The notes under the pieces were generated by a model. That model worked only from the letters and a program-made list of their open reading frames with translations, was not told where the DNA came from and searched no databases. From IMG/VR virus record IMGVR_UViG_3300020281_000010: a stretch of 64,000 nt of DNA; one strand, 5' to 3'. The DNA comes from a virus. The position numbers and the translations under genes are program-made. Below, one piece after another: positions 1-7,389 of this stretch (position 1 is the first letter of the stretch; every line of letters begins with the position of its first letter).

Positions 1-366
1 TTGAACAGAGATCTTCAAACTGTGGTACGCACCACGCTTGAAACTGACGAACCACTATGGTTTCAATGTTGGATGAACTATCACAATCCTAACAATGTCT
101 TAAACTGGCACGACCACAAATTTGATTATCACGGTTATATTAGTATTGAACCGCACAATACTACAACCGAGTTCAGACAGGATGGCGAACCACTCTATTC
201 TATCAAGAATGAAGTGGGCAATATCTACTTTGGGCCTGGGTGGGACAGGCAACACAGGGTGGTGGTTCACGAGGAATTTGAAACACCTCGTATTACACTT
301 GGGTTTGATATTCACACCCAGTCCGATCTCCCTGACGATCAATTCTCACTCATCCCATTATTGTAA
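1..366 (+). CDS. 2OG-Fe(II) oxygenase-like (DSBH) protein, 5'-truncated by window edge
   Basis: HDH motif (WHDHKFDYHGY), distal His (QHRV) and RITLGFD terminal strand, typical of cyanophage oxygenase-like proteins; the frame is open from base 1. Confidence 0.6.
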   Translation: MNRDLQTVVRTTLETDEPLWFQCWMNYHNPNNVLNWHDHKFDYHGYISIEPHNTTTEFRQDGEPLYSIKNEVGNIYFGPGWDRQHRVVVHEEFETPRITLGFDIHTQSDLPDDQFSLIPLL

Positions 367-393
367 ATAGTATTATCTTCGCTTGGGGGAGCG

Positions 394-582
394 ATGTTCC
401 TAAAATCCAGAATGCTTACTGACAAACAACAATCTGTTTTACGCAAAGCACTATTGTTGTATATTTCGTCTTCATATAGAAGACATCACCGAGGGCAAAT
501 TAGCAAACAAGTTCTTGCTGATACACTTGCTGAAGTAGACGAACTTTCCGATCTACTACATTTGAAACACGTTTCAGAATGA
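394..582 (+). CDS. hypothetical protein
   Basis: ORF track; stop overlaps next start (ATGA); TGTAAATA late-promoter-like box at 362-369. Confidence 0.6.
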   Translation: MFLKSRMLTDKQQSVLRKALLLYISSSYRRHHRGQISKQVLADTLAEVDELSDLLHLKHVSE

Positions 583-908
583 CAACACCTCTCTTTTTAT
601 CGGAGTCTATACCCTTGGAAATAAGGAACATACTAAAATCACTTGAGGTAGGAATGCCTGCAAGATTTGAACAGTTCGAAGGCACGATTGAATTTGTGTC
701 TGAAGAATACATTACACTATGTGTTGGTACTAAACCTAATCCAGAGGGTTCTAGACAACCGATGAATAAGTGTTGTCTTTGTGTGTATCCACATCAATGG
801 GATGATCTTGAAATAGATGATTCACACTTCAAAAATGTAAAGAATTATCAGGGAAAAACCAATGACCACCCAGGAAATGAGATGTTACCAGACGTGGAGG
901 ATCGATGA
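579..908 (+). CDS. conserved hypothetical cyanophage protein
   Basis: 109 aa ORF (GTIEFVSEEYITLC...CCLCVYPHQW), coupled to the previous ORF. Confidence 0.7.
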   Translation: MTTPLFLSESIPLEIRNILKSLEVGMPARFEQFEGTIEFVSEEYITLCVGTKPNPEGSRQPMNKCCLCVYPHQWDDLEIDDSHFKNVKNYQGKTNDHPGNEMLPDVEDR

Positions 909-929
909 AGCAGTATAGTTTAGAATTAT

Positions 930-1193
930 ATGCTGAGATCGTCAAATATTATGAACAGCAATCAAATCTATCGTCAAAGGTACGAAAGTCTGTTAAGATG
1001 GACAAGAACACACATCAATCAAATGCAAACAACGTCACTCACACCTAAAGAACTATTGGGTTGTATGTCAGCGATGCAAATGCTTGACAACAAATCACAA
1101 CAGAACTGGGAATCACTTCTTGGTATCTCATTTAATGATCTTTATCACAAACTAGAAAATGCCCTTGAGGAAACTGGTGAAGGTCACACCTAA
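930..1193 (+). CDS. hypothetical protein
   Basis: ORF in a tightly packed + strand series; true start may be 951. Confidence 0.55.
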   Translation: MLRSSNIMNSNQIYRQRYESLLRWTRTHINQMQTTSLTPKELLGCMSAMQMLDNKSQQNWESLLGISFNDLYHKLENALEETGEGHT

Positions 1194-1368
1194 ATCTGAC
1201 CGAACAAAAAAACAATTTGTTGAACATATGAACAGCAATCCTATCTGTAATATTGAGGATAAGAGAGCGGACGGACGTATGTTTATGTCGTCACAACATA
1301 ATCCAGACTTTTGGATTTGGTCGGACGGTGACGATGACCCCCACTGGTCATACGAAAGGTTGGCATAA
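1159..1368 (+). CDS. hypothetical cyanophage protein
   Basis: KLVKVTPKSDRTKKQFVEHM...DFWIW pattern; packed series. Confidence 0.6.
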   Translation: MPLRKLVKVTPKSDRTKKQFVEHMNSNPICNIEDKRADGRMFMSSQHNPDFWIWSDGDDDPHWSYERLA

Positions 1369-1369
1369 T

Positions 1370-1594
1370 ATGATTTCACAAAAAATGTCAGAACCAGAAT
1401 TCTTCAAACAAACGTCCGACTTGCCATATGACCGTCATTGGTATAAAATATGGTGCAAAGACAACTCAGTTAAAATAGTGGAGTCTTACGAGGAAGTACA
1501 AACCGCGTGGTGGAACTTCCATCAACACATATCACACATTGAGGTCATCGATGCAAAACGAAAGAAAGGAGGGAAAAGCAGGGGATTCGCTTAA
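1370..1594 (+). CDS. hypothetical cyanophage protein
   Basis: In-frame ATG at 1370 directly after the previous stop; YDRHWYK...HIEVIDAKRKK...GF. Confidence 0.65.
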   Translation: MISQKMSEPEFFKQTSDLPYDRHWYKIWCKDNSVKIVESYEEVQTAWWNFHQHISHIEVIDAKRKKGGKSRGFA

Positions 1595-1778
1595 AATAGA
1601 AGTGAATGAGGATGGTCAGGTGACTCTCGACTGGGACAGCAATGACCCACAATGGAACTTTTTATCAAAACTATCACAAACTGAGGTACAGGAATTTGTC
1701 AACAACGCAATCAACTACGGACTTGGAACTTCTGATCAGTCTAGCGAGACTGTTGAACCAGAAAGTGACGCACCTTGA
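1539..1778 (+). CDS. hypothetical cyanophage protein (start uncertain)
   Basis: IEVNEDGQVTLDWDSNDPQWNFL motif. Confidence 0.6.
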   Translation: MRSSMQNERKEGKAGDSLKIEVNEDGQVTLDWDSNDPQWNFLSKLSQTEVQEFVNNAINYGLGTSDQSSETVEPESDAP

Positions 1779-2007
1779 TTACACATCTTATTTGCAATCA
1801 CACTTGAACACCGTTATTTGTGAACTTGAACGACAACAAACCCTGCGAGAATCCGCTGACTTGCGATTCATTCAAGAGAACAATGGTGGACATATTAGGA
1901 AAGATCTCGATTCCCTCGGAGAGCGAATGTTCCCACTCGGATACGAAACAACAACAGACAACTATGAACACTCATCCTACTATTGGGACACCGATCGAAA
2001 CAAGTGA
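1765..2007 (+). CDS. hypothetical protein
   Basis: GTG at 1765 within track ORF 1642..2007 avoids the long overlap with the upstream gene. Confidence 0.55.
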   Translation: MTHLDYTSYLQSHLNTVICELERQQTLRESADLRFIQENNGGHIRKDLDSLGERMFPLGYETTTDNYEHSSYYWDTDRNK

Positions 2008-2073
2008 AGATCTGTAAACTTGTGTTATGTTTCATTTAATTTTTACATAACTACGTTATGATTTACAAACACT

Positions 2074-2081
2074 TCTAAATA
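2074..2081 (+). promoter_or_regulatory. T4-type late promoter-like box (TCTAAATA)
   Basis: Matches the NNTAAATA gp55 consensus, intergenic, upstream of the ORF at 2150. Confidence 0.5.
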
Positions 2082-2149
2082 ATCATAGAATCAAGGAGAG
2101 CGATGCAACCTTAATCTTCTACATTATGATTTAGTTACAGGTAAGGACA

Positions 2150-2308
2150 ATGCACAATCTTATAGCAAAGGAGCAGTTAGCAGAATGGTCTGAATCTCAC
2201 TCTAACGAGGAAATGGACTTAATCAATGACTATTTCGACTGTTTAATTGAATGCTCTATCGAACAACACCCACACGAGTGCAAACGAATATGTAAAGACA
2301 TATGGTAG
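2150..2308 (+). CDS. small twin Cx3C protein (52 aa), not in ORF track
   Basis: MHNLIAKEQLAEWSESHSNEEMDLINDYFDCLIECSIEQHPHECKRICKDIW*; AGGA RBS 4 nt upstream. Confidence 0.8.
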   Translation: MHNLIAKEQLAEWSESHSNEEMDLINDYFDCLIECSIEQHPHECKRICKDIW

Positions 2309-2309
2309 A

Positions 2310-2369
2310 GTGACAGTTCAAGAAGTGACCACCCGACACCCCCTCGGGTGGTTTTTTATGTGCTATGAT
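2310..2369 (+). promoter_or_regulatory. early promoter, IR copy 1 (degenerate)
   Basis: GTGACAGTT-CAAG-AAGTGACCA (2310-2331), 32 nt, TG-c-TATGAT (2364-2369). Confidence 0.6.
2328..2357 (+). terminator. intrinsic terminator
   Basis: ACCACCCGA-CACCCCC-TCGGGTGGT followed by a T run. Confidence 0.85.
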
Positions 2370-2394
2370 ATGTCTATCAATCACGGACAGACAT

Positions 2395-3660
2395 TTGAGC
2401 GTAAATCTTCGCAAGCACCAACAGAGAGCAGTTGACGCTATGAAGCGTAACAAGAAGGGACAAGTTATTATCCCTACAGGTGGTGGTAAGACAATGTGTA
2501 TGATCTACGATGCTTTGAGATCGCTCAATACTAACAGTAACAGCACTATGGTTGTTGTTGCACCTCGCATTCTACTTGCTAATCAGTTGTGTGAGGAGTT
2601 TATGCAGTTCCTTAAGGCAGACTGGGTTCACGTCTATCACGTCCACTCAGGTGAAACACATTATGAATCTGGTACTAAACCAGACAAACTTGCTCAGTTC
2701 ATCAAGGACAACAGGGCAAAAAGTGCAGTTGCTACCAATATTATCTTCACAACATATCATTCTTTGCGTAGAGTTGTTGAAGCGGTAACTAAGCATCAAC
2801 TTGACATTGATGTAGCATACTTTGATGAAGCACACAACAGCGTAACACGTAATTTCTTTGATTCTACTGAAGATATTAGTGCAATCGCTAAGCGTTGCTA
2901 CTTCTTTACAGCAACACCACGTGTAGCACGTAGGCATAACCGTGGTATGAACAACAGTCAGGTATATGGTCAGATTATTGAACAAGTACCCGCACCCGAA
3001 TTGATCGCGAGTGGTTCTATCATCCCCCCAACTATTGTTCCCTTTGAGCGTGACATTGAGCGTATCAAAAAAATGAGTTGGGATACTGATGCACAAACAG
3101 TTCTCGATGTACTAGAGAATCTCGATGACAAGAACGCTCAGAAAGTATTGTGTGCAGTTCCTAGTTCTAAGATCTTGGGACATATGCTCAGTAAGACTAC
3201 ATTGCTTGCTGAACTCAAGTCACGTGGATATGATGTTCTCCACGTCACATCTAAGTTTGGTGCATTTGTCAATGACAAGAAAGTGAACCGTGAAGAATTC
3301 TTCAAAACTATGGATGAGTTCGGACGCGATGATGATCGCAAGTTTATCATCTTCCATTACTCTATCTTGAGTGAAGGTATCAATGTTCACGGTCTGACTC
3401 ATACTATTTTGTTGCGTCAACTTCAGACAGTCGAAATGGCACAAACTATTGGTAGGGTTATTCGCCTACATAAAGAGGACGCTAAGCGAATTCGGTCTGG
3501 TGAGTTGACAGCAGGCAAACTTGATATGTATCGTAAACCAACTGGTTATGTGACTGTACCAACTTACACAAACTATGGTAAGCACATTGCACAGCGTCTT
3601 CAACGAGTTGTTGATTCAATTTTCGTCCACGGTATCCACCCCGAGTCGCTAGTTGCATAA
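2395..3660 (+). CDS. SF2 (DEAD/DEAH-like, ResIII-family) helicase
   Basis: Walker A PTGGGKT, DEAH, TATP, motif V LSEGINV, motif VI QTIGRVIR; probable TTG start at 2395 (the track start 2365 lies inside the -10 box). Confidence 0.9.
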   Translation: MSVNLRKHQQRAVDAMKRNKKGQVIIPTGGGKTMCMIYDALRSLNTNSNSTMVVVAPRILLANQLCEEFMQFLKADWVHVYHVHSGETHYESGTKPDKLAQFIKDNRAKSAVATNIIFTTYHSLRRVVEAVTKHQLDIDVAYFDEAHNSVTRNFFDSTEDISAIAKRCYFFTATPRVARRHNRGMNNSQVYGQIIEQVPAPELIASGSIIPPTIVPFERDIERIKKMSWDTDAQTVLDVLENLDDKNAQKVLCAVPSSKILGHMLSKTTLLAELKSRGYDVLHVTSKFGAFVNDKKVNREEFFKTMDEFGRDDDRKFIIFHYSILSEGINVHGLTHTILLRQLQTVEMAQTIGRVIRLHKEDAKRIRSGELTAGKLDMYRKPTGYVTVPTYTNYGKHIAQRLQRVVDSIFVHGIHPESLVA

Positions 3661-3663
3661 ATA
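3656..3663 (+). promoter_or_regulatory. late promoter (CATAAATA)
   Basis: gp55 consensus overlapping the helicase stop codon. Confidence 0.55.
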
Positions 3664-3706
3664 ACTCTATCAAGTACAGTTATTTCAGAGATTAACAATG
3701 GCAACG

Positions 3707-4126
3707 ACAGCAGTTAATGGGTGGGCAGATTTGCTACTCACTAAATTGTCAGAGAAGGCGAAGGCATACAGACTCGCTAATATTGACAAGAGAATTGCTG
3801 AGTCTGTAGGAACATCAACAGAACTCGCTAGACAAATCCACACCCACGTGAATGTCATTCTCAGTAAGAGAGACAAAGTTGTAGCAGGTGACAGTAGTGT
3901 CACGTGGACATTCGCTAAGGTAGATGATGGTGATGACATTAAGATCACCGCTACCGCACCACCCGACCGTGGTGGACACACTAAAGATTTAATGTGGATT
4001 GAAGGTTCTACAGGTAAATGTAAAAAACTGAAGAGCGATCTCTATAGTGTAGATGCCAACAGTATTGATGACACATACCGTGATGCATTCTTCGATAAAG
4101 TAACACATTTAGGAACATTTTGGTAA
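3707..4126 (+). CDS. hypothetical protein
   Basis: ORF MATTAVNG...; the track starts it at 3698; followed by a terminator. Confidence 0.7.
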   Translation, partial: TAVNGWADLLLTKLSEKAKAYRLANIDKRIAESVGTSTELARQIHTHVNVILSKRDKVVAGDSSVTWTFAKVDDGDDIKITATAPPDRGGHTKDLMWIEGSTGKCKKLKSDLYSVDANSIDDTYRDAFFDKVTHLGTFW

Positions 4127-4131
4127 CCTAT

Positions 4132-4190
4132 GTGCCAATTAAATAACTGTACTACTAAGACCCCACAGGGGTCTTTTTTATTGGTATATT
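4132..4190 (+). promoter_or_regulatory. early promoter, IR copy 2
   Basis: GTGCCAATT-AAAT-AACTGTACT (4132-4153), 31 nt, TG-g-TATATT (4185-4190). Confidence 0.65.
4157..4179 (+). terminator. intrinsic terminator
   Basis: AAGACCCC-ACA-GGGGTCTT followed by a T run. Confidence 0.85.
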
Positions 4191-4195
4191 ATAAA

Positions 4196-4288
4196 TGTGG
4201 AAGGCAAGGGTGATCTCATCCCGACATTGTGGGTTAGTCCTACTAAGAGCATCGGTGGAAAAGATCTTTAAGTCGAACCTCTTCCACA
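4196..4288 (+). ncRNA. candidate structured RNA or 5' leader
   Basis: TGTGGAAG (4196-4203) pairs with CTTCCACA (4281-4288) and encloses hairpins at 4208-4222 and 4234-4246; starts at the predicted TSS of promoter copy 2. Confidence 0.5.
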
Positions 4289-4309
4289 CCCTAATTCATT
4301 ACCAAAAAA

Positions 4310-4468
4310 ATGACAAGAGTACAAGTCACATTACTAGTTGAAGTAGACACCGAGGACGATATGAATTGCCCTGACGGTGACCCTATCAACCAAAACGTAG
4401 TAGTCAACGCAGTTGACAACGGTTTTTTCTTAGACCCAGTTGAAGTTATTGATGCGAGAATAGTATGA
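4310..4468 (+). CDS. small early protein (52 aa), not in track
   Basis: MTRVQVTLLVEVDTEDD...; stop overlaps next ATG. Confidence 0.65.
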   Translation: MTRVQVTLLVEVDTEDDMNCPDGDPINQNVVVNAVDNGFFLDPVEVIDARIV

Positions 4469-4638
4469 TAACTTTATCACTCACTACAGGTCAATTCGAA
4501 GAGATTTATGATGCAGTCAGAGATCTACCTGACATTTATAAATCAGAATTAAAAGAAAATGGCGATGAACCTGACGCTGCACACATCGACCTATTCAATG
4601 CAGTCAACATAATGAAGGAGATTTATGAATCATACTAA
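4465..4638 (+). CDS. small early protein (57 aa), not in track
   Basis: MITLSLTTGQFEEIYDAV...; ATGA coupling. Confidence 0.65.
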   Translation: MITLSLTTGQFEEIYDAVRDLPDIYKSELKENGDEPDAAHIDLFNAVNIMKEIYESY

Positions 4639-4948
4639 CAACAAAAAAGAATTTACAATCGCTCTATCACGTAGAGAACTAGGATTATTGCATTACTATA
4701 CACGTGGACTAGTTGCACGTATTGATAGCGATGTAACTGACTGGGGTTCATCTTGTACTGGTCACGATACTATTGAACACGATGATTATGGTAAGGACGC
4801 GATCATAGGATTATTCAAACAAATTAAACCACTAGTTGAAGCAAACTATGGTACGGAGTTCGAAGACTGGAAAAAAATGACACTTAGTGCCAGTCCACAA
4901 ACTGTCACACCCGAACCACCAGACCTCGCACCGTCCTCTATAATATAA
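4625..4948 (+). CDS. hypothetical early protein
   Basis: ORF track; AGGAG RBS; its 3' end runs through promoter copy 3. Confidence 0.65.
   Translation: MNHTNNKKEFTIALSRRELGLLHYYTRGLVARIDSDVTDWGSSCTGHDTIEHDDYGKDAIIGLFKQIKPLVEANYGTEFEDWKKMTLSASPQTVTPEPPDLAPSSII
4887..4944 (+). promoter_or_regulatory. early promoter, IR copy 3
   Basis: GTGCCAGTC-CACA-AACTGTCAC (4887-4908), 30 nt, TATAAT (4939-4944). Confidence 0.8.
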
Positions 4949-4971
4949 GAGTAAAGCAAACGGAGACAACT

Positions 4972-5190
4972 ATGCAACTCACATCAGGTTCAATGCAATG
5001 CGAGTTCCGTCCCCACAACATTTTGACTGACAAGTTTGTTTACACTCTCAAATTGAAGGGTGATACAATGTCAGTCAGATTGATGAACAAAAAAGAAATG
5101 AAGGAAACAATCAACGCACGTGTTGATATTGGTTATCAAGTGACCGATTTCCTGACTGAACCACAAGAGTATTTCCCCGCTTGTTGCTGA
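4972..5190 (+). CDS. hypothetical early protein
   Basis: GGAG RBS, immediately downstream of promoter copy 3. Confidence 0.75.
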   Translation: MQLTSGSMQCEFRPHNILTDKFVYTLKLKGDTMSVRLMNKKEMKETINARVDIGYQVTDFLTEPQEYFPACC

Positions 5191-5202
5191 TTCTATTACA
5201 AA

Positions 5203-5379
5203 ATGATTATGACACCTGATCTTGACTTGCTGCTCTCTTACGAGAATGGTACAATTACAGAGGACGATTTCTTTTACCTCTTCCAACAAATCTACGACAC
5301 TAAAGCATACAACTGGTTGCAGGGGCATTATGGTCGTACTGTTAAACTTCTACTCGATGAGGGACTAATTTACCAGTAA
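5203..5379 (+). CDS. small phage protein (58 aa), not in track
   Basis: YENGTI...LFQQI...WLQGHYGRT..LLDEG, a motif I recognise from diverse phage small proteins. Confidence 0.75.
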   Translation: MIMTPDLDLLLSYENGTITEDDFFYLFQQIYDTKAYNWLQGHYGRTVKLLLDEGLIYQ

Positions 5380-5383
5380 TACT

Positions 5384-5442
5384 ATGACAGTTCAACAAGT
5401 GGCACAATTAAATGCACAACAGGGCGATTCACCCCTTATAAT
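5384..5442 (+). promoter_or_regulatory. early promoter, IR copy 4
   Basis: ATGACAGTT-CAAC-AAGTGGCAC (5384-5405), 31 nt, TATAAT (5437-5442). Confidence 0.8.
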
Positions 5443-5464
5443 AGAGGTATCGACAAACAAAAGA

Positions 5465-5968
5465 ATGCAAGTGACCACACCCGAACAACAGTATCAACAG
5501 TTATTTGAGCAAATGTATGCTCTATGTGATCAGCACGGATGGGGAGACCCATTTAGTTATGCTAGGTCAAGAGAAATTCATCTAGCAGGTATATTAGGTC
5601 ACAAAGTTGCTGACGATTACTCAGGTGCAGATGCATTTGACCAGTCTGGCAATCCAGTAGAATATAAATCTACTATAGGTAAGAAATTAACCGCTACATA
5701 CAACGGTATTTCAGTCCAAGATACTTGGGAAGATCAAGTTAAGTATCTCAAGGAAGAAAAAATTGGTAAGTATAAAGATCACTTCTTTGCACGTTACCAT
5801 AATGGTCAAGTTGTTGAGGTCTGGCAAATGTCAGGCGATGACGTACTGAAATTGTTGCTACCTAGTCTTAAAAAACAATTTCATTCTAATACTGTTAGAA
5901 AAGACCCACGTCTAGGTTACACTATTCCAAACAAAGCAATCCAAACCTATGGAACAAGAATTCTCTAG
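5465..5968 (+). CDS. PvuII-like PD-(D/E)xK restriction-type endonuclease
   Basis: GADAFDQSGNPVEYKS matches PvuII GNDAVDNAGQEYELKS; the N-terminal helix and C-terminal TIPNKAIQTYGTRIL (PvuII KIPVKYVMEHGTKIY) also align by eye; true start ATG 5465. Confidence 0.75.
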   Translation: MQVTTPEQQYQQLFEQMYALCDQHGWGDPFSYARSREIHLAGILGHKVADDYSGADAFDQSGNPVEYKSTIGKKLTATYNGISVQDTWEDQVKYLKEEKIGKYKDHFFARYHNGQVVEVWQMSGDDVLKLLLPSLKKQFHSNTVRKDPRLGYTIPNKAIQTYGTRIL

Positions 5969-6188
5969 AGAGATACACGAGTATCACGATCACGGCAATT
6001 TTACTGATCAAATGCAACAATCAATCGACACACTTGGTGAACATTATATGAAAATGGTCACCAGTCATATTGACGCGAACCGCTTTGAAGATGCTGACGC
6101 TATTTTTAAGGAATTCGTTGTAAATGGTATTGACCCTGAGGATGGTACCTATGAATGGATCTTTATGGATCACATCGGGGACAGTTAA
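5949..6188 (+). CDS. hypothetical early protein
   Basis: ORF track; acidic; overlaps the nuclease stop codon. Confidence 0.65.
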   Translation: MEQEFSREIHEYHDHGNFTDQMQQSIDTLGEHYMKMVTSHIDANRFEDADAIFKEFVVNGIDPEDGTYEWIFMDHIGDS

Positions 6189-6235
6189 ATAACTGTCACA
6201 TCATATCACCATACATTACACATTTACATTATAAT
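6178..6235 (+). promoter_or_regulatory. early promoter, IR copy 5
   Basis: GGGACAGTT-AAAT-AACTGTCAC (6178-6199), 30 nt, TATAAT (6230-6235). Confidence 0.8.
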
Positions 6236-6258
6236 AATACTATAGACAAACAAACATT

Positions 6259-6393
6259 ATGACAAACAAACAACGTTATGAGTCTTTCCTTAGATGGGAA
6301 AAAATGATAGCAAGACAAGTTGCTAGAAAAAAAGGTTGCACAGTTGCTGACCTTTACAAGAAAGTTGACACAGTTTACTGGCAGGAGGTTTAA
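6259..6393 (+). CDS. small basic early protein (44 aa), not in track
   Basis: First ATG after promoter copy 5: MTNKQRYESFLRWEKMIARQ... Confidence 0.6.
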   Translation: MTNKQRYESFLRWEKMIARQVARKKGCTVADLYKKVDTVYWQEV

Positions 6394-6396
6394 TCA

Positions 6397-6555
6397 ATGT
6401 CAGTATCACATCACGCAGATATGTTAGAGACATTTTTCGATGAGGAAATGGAACTAATGGAAAAAACTGGGATGGATAAAATGTTCACCCCCGAAGCATT
6501 GCAAGAGCATTGTGAATATATCGCTCGCGAAAGATTCGAGGATATGTGCCAATGA
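6397..6555 (+). CDS. small cyanophage early protein (52 aa), not in track
   Basis: MSVSHHADMLETFFDEE...ARERFEDMCQ; GGAGG RBS. Confidence 0.75.
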   Translation: MSVSHHADMLETFFDEEMELMEKTGMDKMFTPEALQEHCEYIARERFEDMCQ

Positions 6556-6728
6556 TAAAAAATATATTTGATCAAGAAATTTGTGTTGACTGTGGTCAAG
6601 AGTGTCACATAGGTTCGGGTCGATTCGTCAACAGATATGCATATTATGGTGACGAGATCGAGGGATGGCGATGTGGTCATTGTGCAGAAGAACTTGACTC
6701 ACTATTAGAAGAACTACAAAGTGCATAG
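6552..6728 (+). CDS. small CxxC...CxxC zinc-finger protein
   Basis: CVDC...CGHC; ATGA coupling at 6552. Confidence 0.7.
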   Translation: MIKNIFDQEICVDCGQECHIGSGRFVNRYAYYGDEIEGWRCGHCAEELDSLLEELQSA

Positions 6729-6740
6729 TCAAGTGTTTAT

Positions 6741-6798
6741 GTGACACTTATATAAGTGGCACAAACTAACACCATAGTCCACATACATTGACTATAAT
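6741..6798 (+). promoter_or_regulatory. early promoter, IR copy 6
   Basis: GTGACACTT-ATAT-AAGTGGCAC (6741-6762), 30 nt, TATAAT (6793-6798). Confidence 0.85.
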
Positions 6799-6824
6799 AA
6801 GAACATAAGCAACACAGAAATCAA

Positions 6825-7046
6825 ATGAATTCTTTACAAACATTCCCTGATTCTACAGAACTCGAAGCACGCTACGGTTTTAGCATCGATGCCTTAGAAC
6901 AGTTCGAAAGCATTTTCAGATACCTTGATGAGGAAGCACCCGAGGGATTACTGGATGAAATTGTTACCAATAAAGAGGGTTTCGATCAGTTGGTTAACTT
7001 TGCAACAGAGTTAAGAGTATGTGACGGAGTTAACTACGATGCTTAA
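6825..7046 (+). CDS. hypothetical early protein
   Basis: First ATG after promoter copy 6; acidic. Confidence 0.7.
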   Translation: MNSLQTFPDSTELEARYGFSIDALEQFESIFRYLDEEAPEGLLDEIVTNKEGFDQLVNFATELRVCDGVNYDA

Positions 7047-7200
7047 TATACCAGTTTCATTCGATCAGGCATATGAAATGATCAAATTATGGGATACTCT
7101 AAGAGATATGGATTATCCCCTAACAGACAATCAAACCGCAGTATTTGAGAATATTCAGACTGGGGACTATTTGGTAAAAACACATCCTAAGACACAATGA
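7039..7200 (+). CDS. small early protein (53 aa), not in track
   Basis: MLNIPVSFDQAYEMIKLWD...; overlaps both neighbours. Confidence 0.6.
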   Translation: MLNIPVSFDQAYEMIKLWDTLRDMDYPLTDNQTAVFENIQTGDYLVKTHPKTQ

Positions 7201-7307
7201 CAAGTGATCAGTTGTTGAAAATCTATCTTAAGGTAACAAAACCTAAGAAAGTGGTTGTATTACTCAAACCTATTAGAACACACTACAATATGAACTCATT
7301 TGGTTAA
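7197..7307 (+). CDS. small basic early protein (36 aa), not in track
   Basis: MTSDQLLKIYLKV...PIRTHYNMNSFG; ATGA coupling. Confidence 0.65.
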   Translation: MTSDQLLKIYLKVTKPKKVVVLLKPIRTHYNMNSFG

Positions 7308-7309
7308 GT

Positions 7310-7367
7310 GTGACAGTTATATTAGTGGCACACAGTATAACTATTCTCGGCAATATGCCTTTATAAT
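7310..7367 (+). promoter_or_regulatory. early promoter, IR copy 7
   Basis: GTGACAGTT-ATAT-TAGTGGCAC (7310-7331), 30 nt, TATAAT (7362-7367). Confidence 0.85.
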
Positions 7368-7389
7368 AAGAACATACACAACAAAACAA

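Noticed and set aside
2013-2066. NtcA or Pho box upstream of 2150
   Set aside because: No exact GTA-N8-TAC and no 11-bp-spaced Pho direct repeats were found.
2150-2308. CP12 call for the small Cys protein
   Set aside because: It lacks the CP12 AWD-VEEL core and the C-terminal CxxxPxxxxC motif; the Cys spacing is twin Cx3C.
2395-3660. Type III R-M Res subunit or uvsW
   Set aside because: No Mod gene nearby and no C-terminal nuclease domain; neither the context nor the sequence is UvsW-like.
4196-4288. tRNA
   Set aside because: No T-loop GTTCRA, no D-loop and no tRNA-like acceptor geometry. No tRNA was recognised anywhere in the window.
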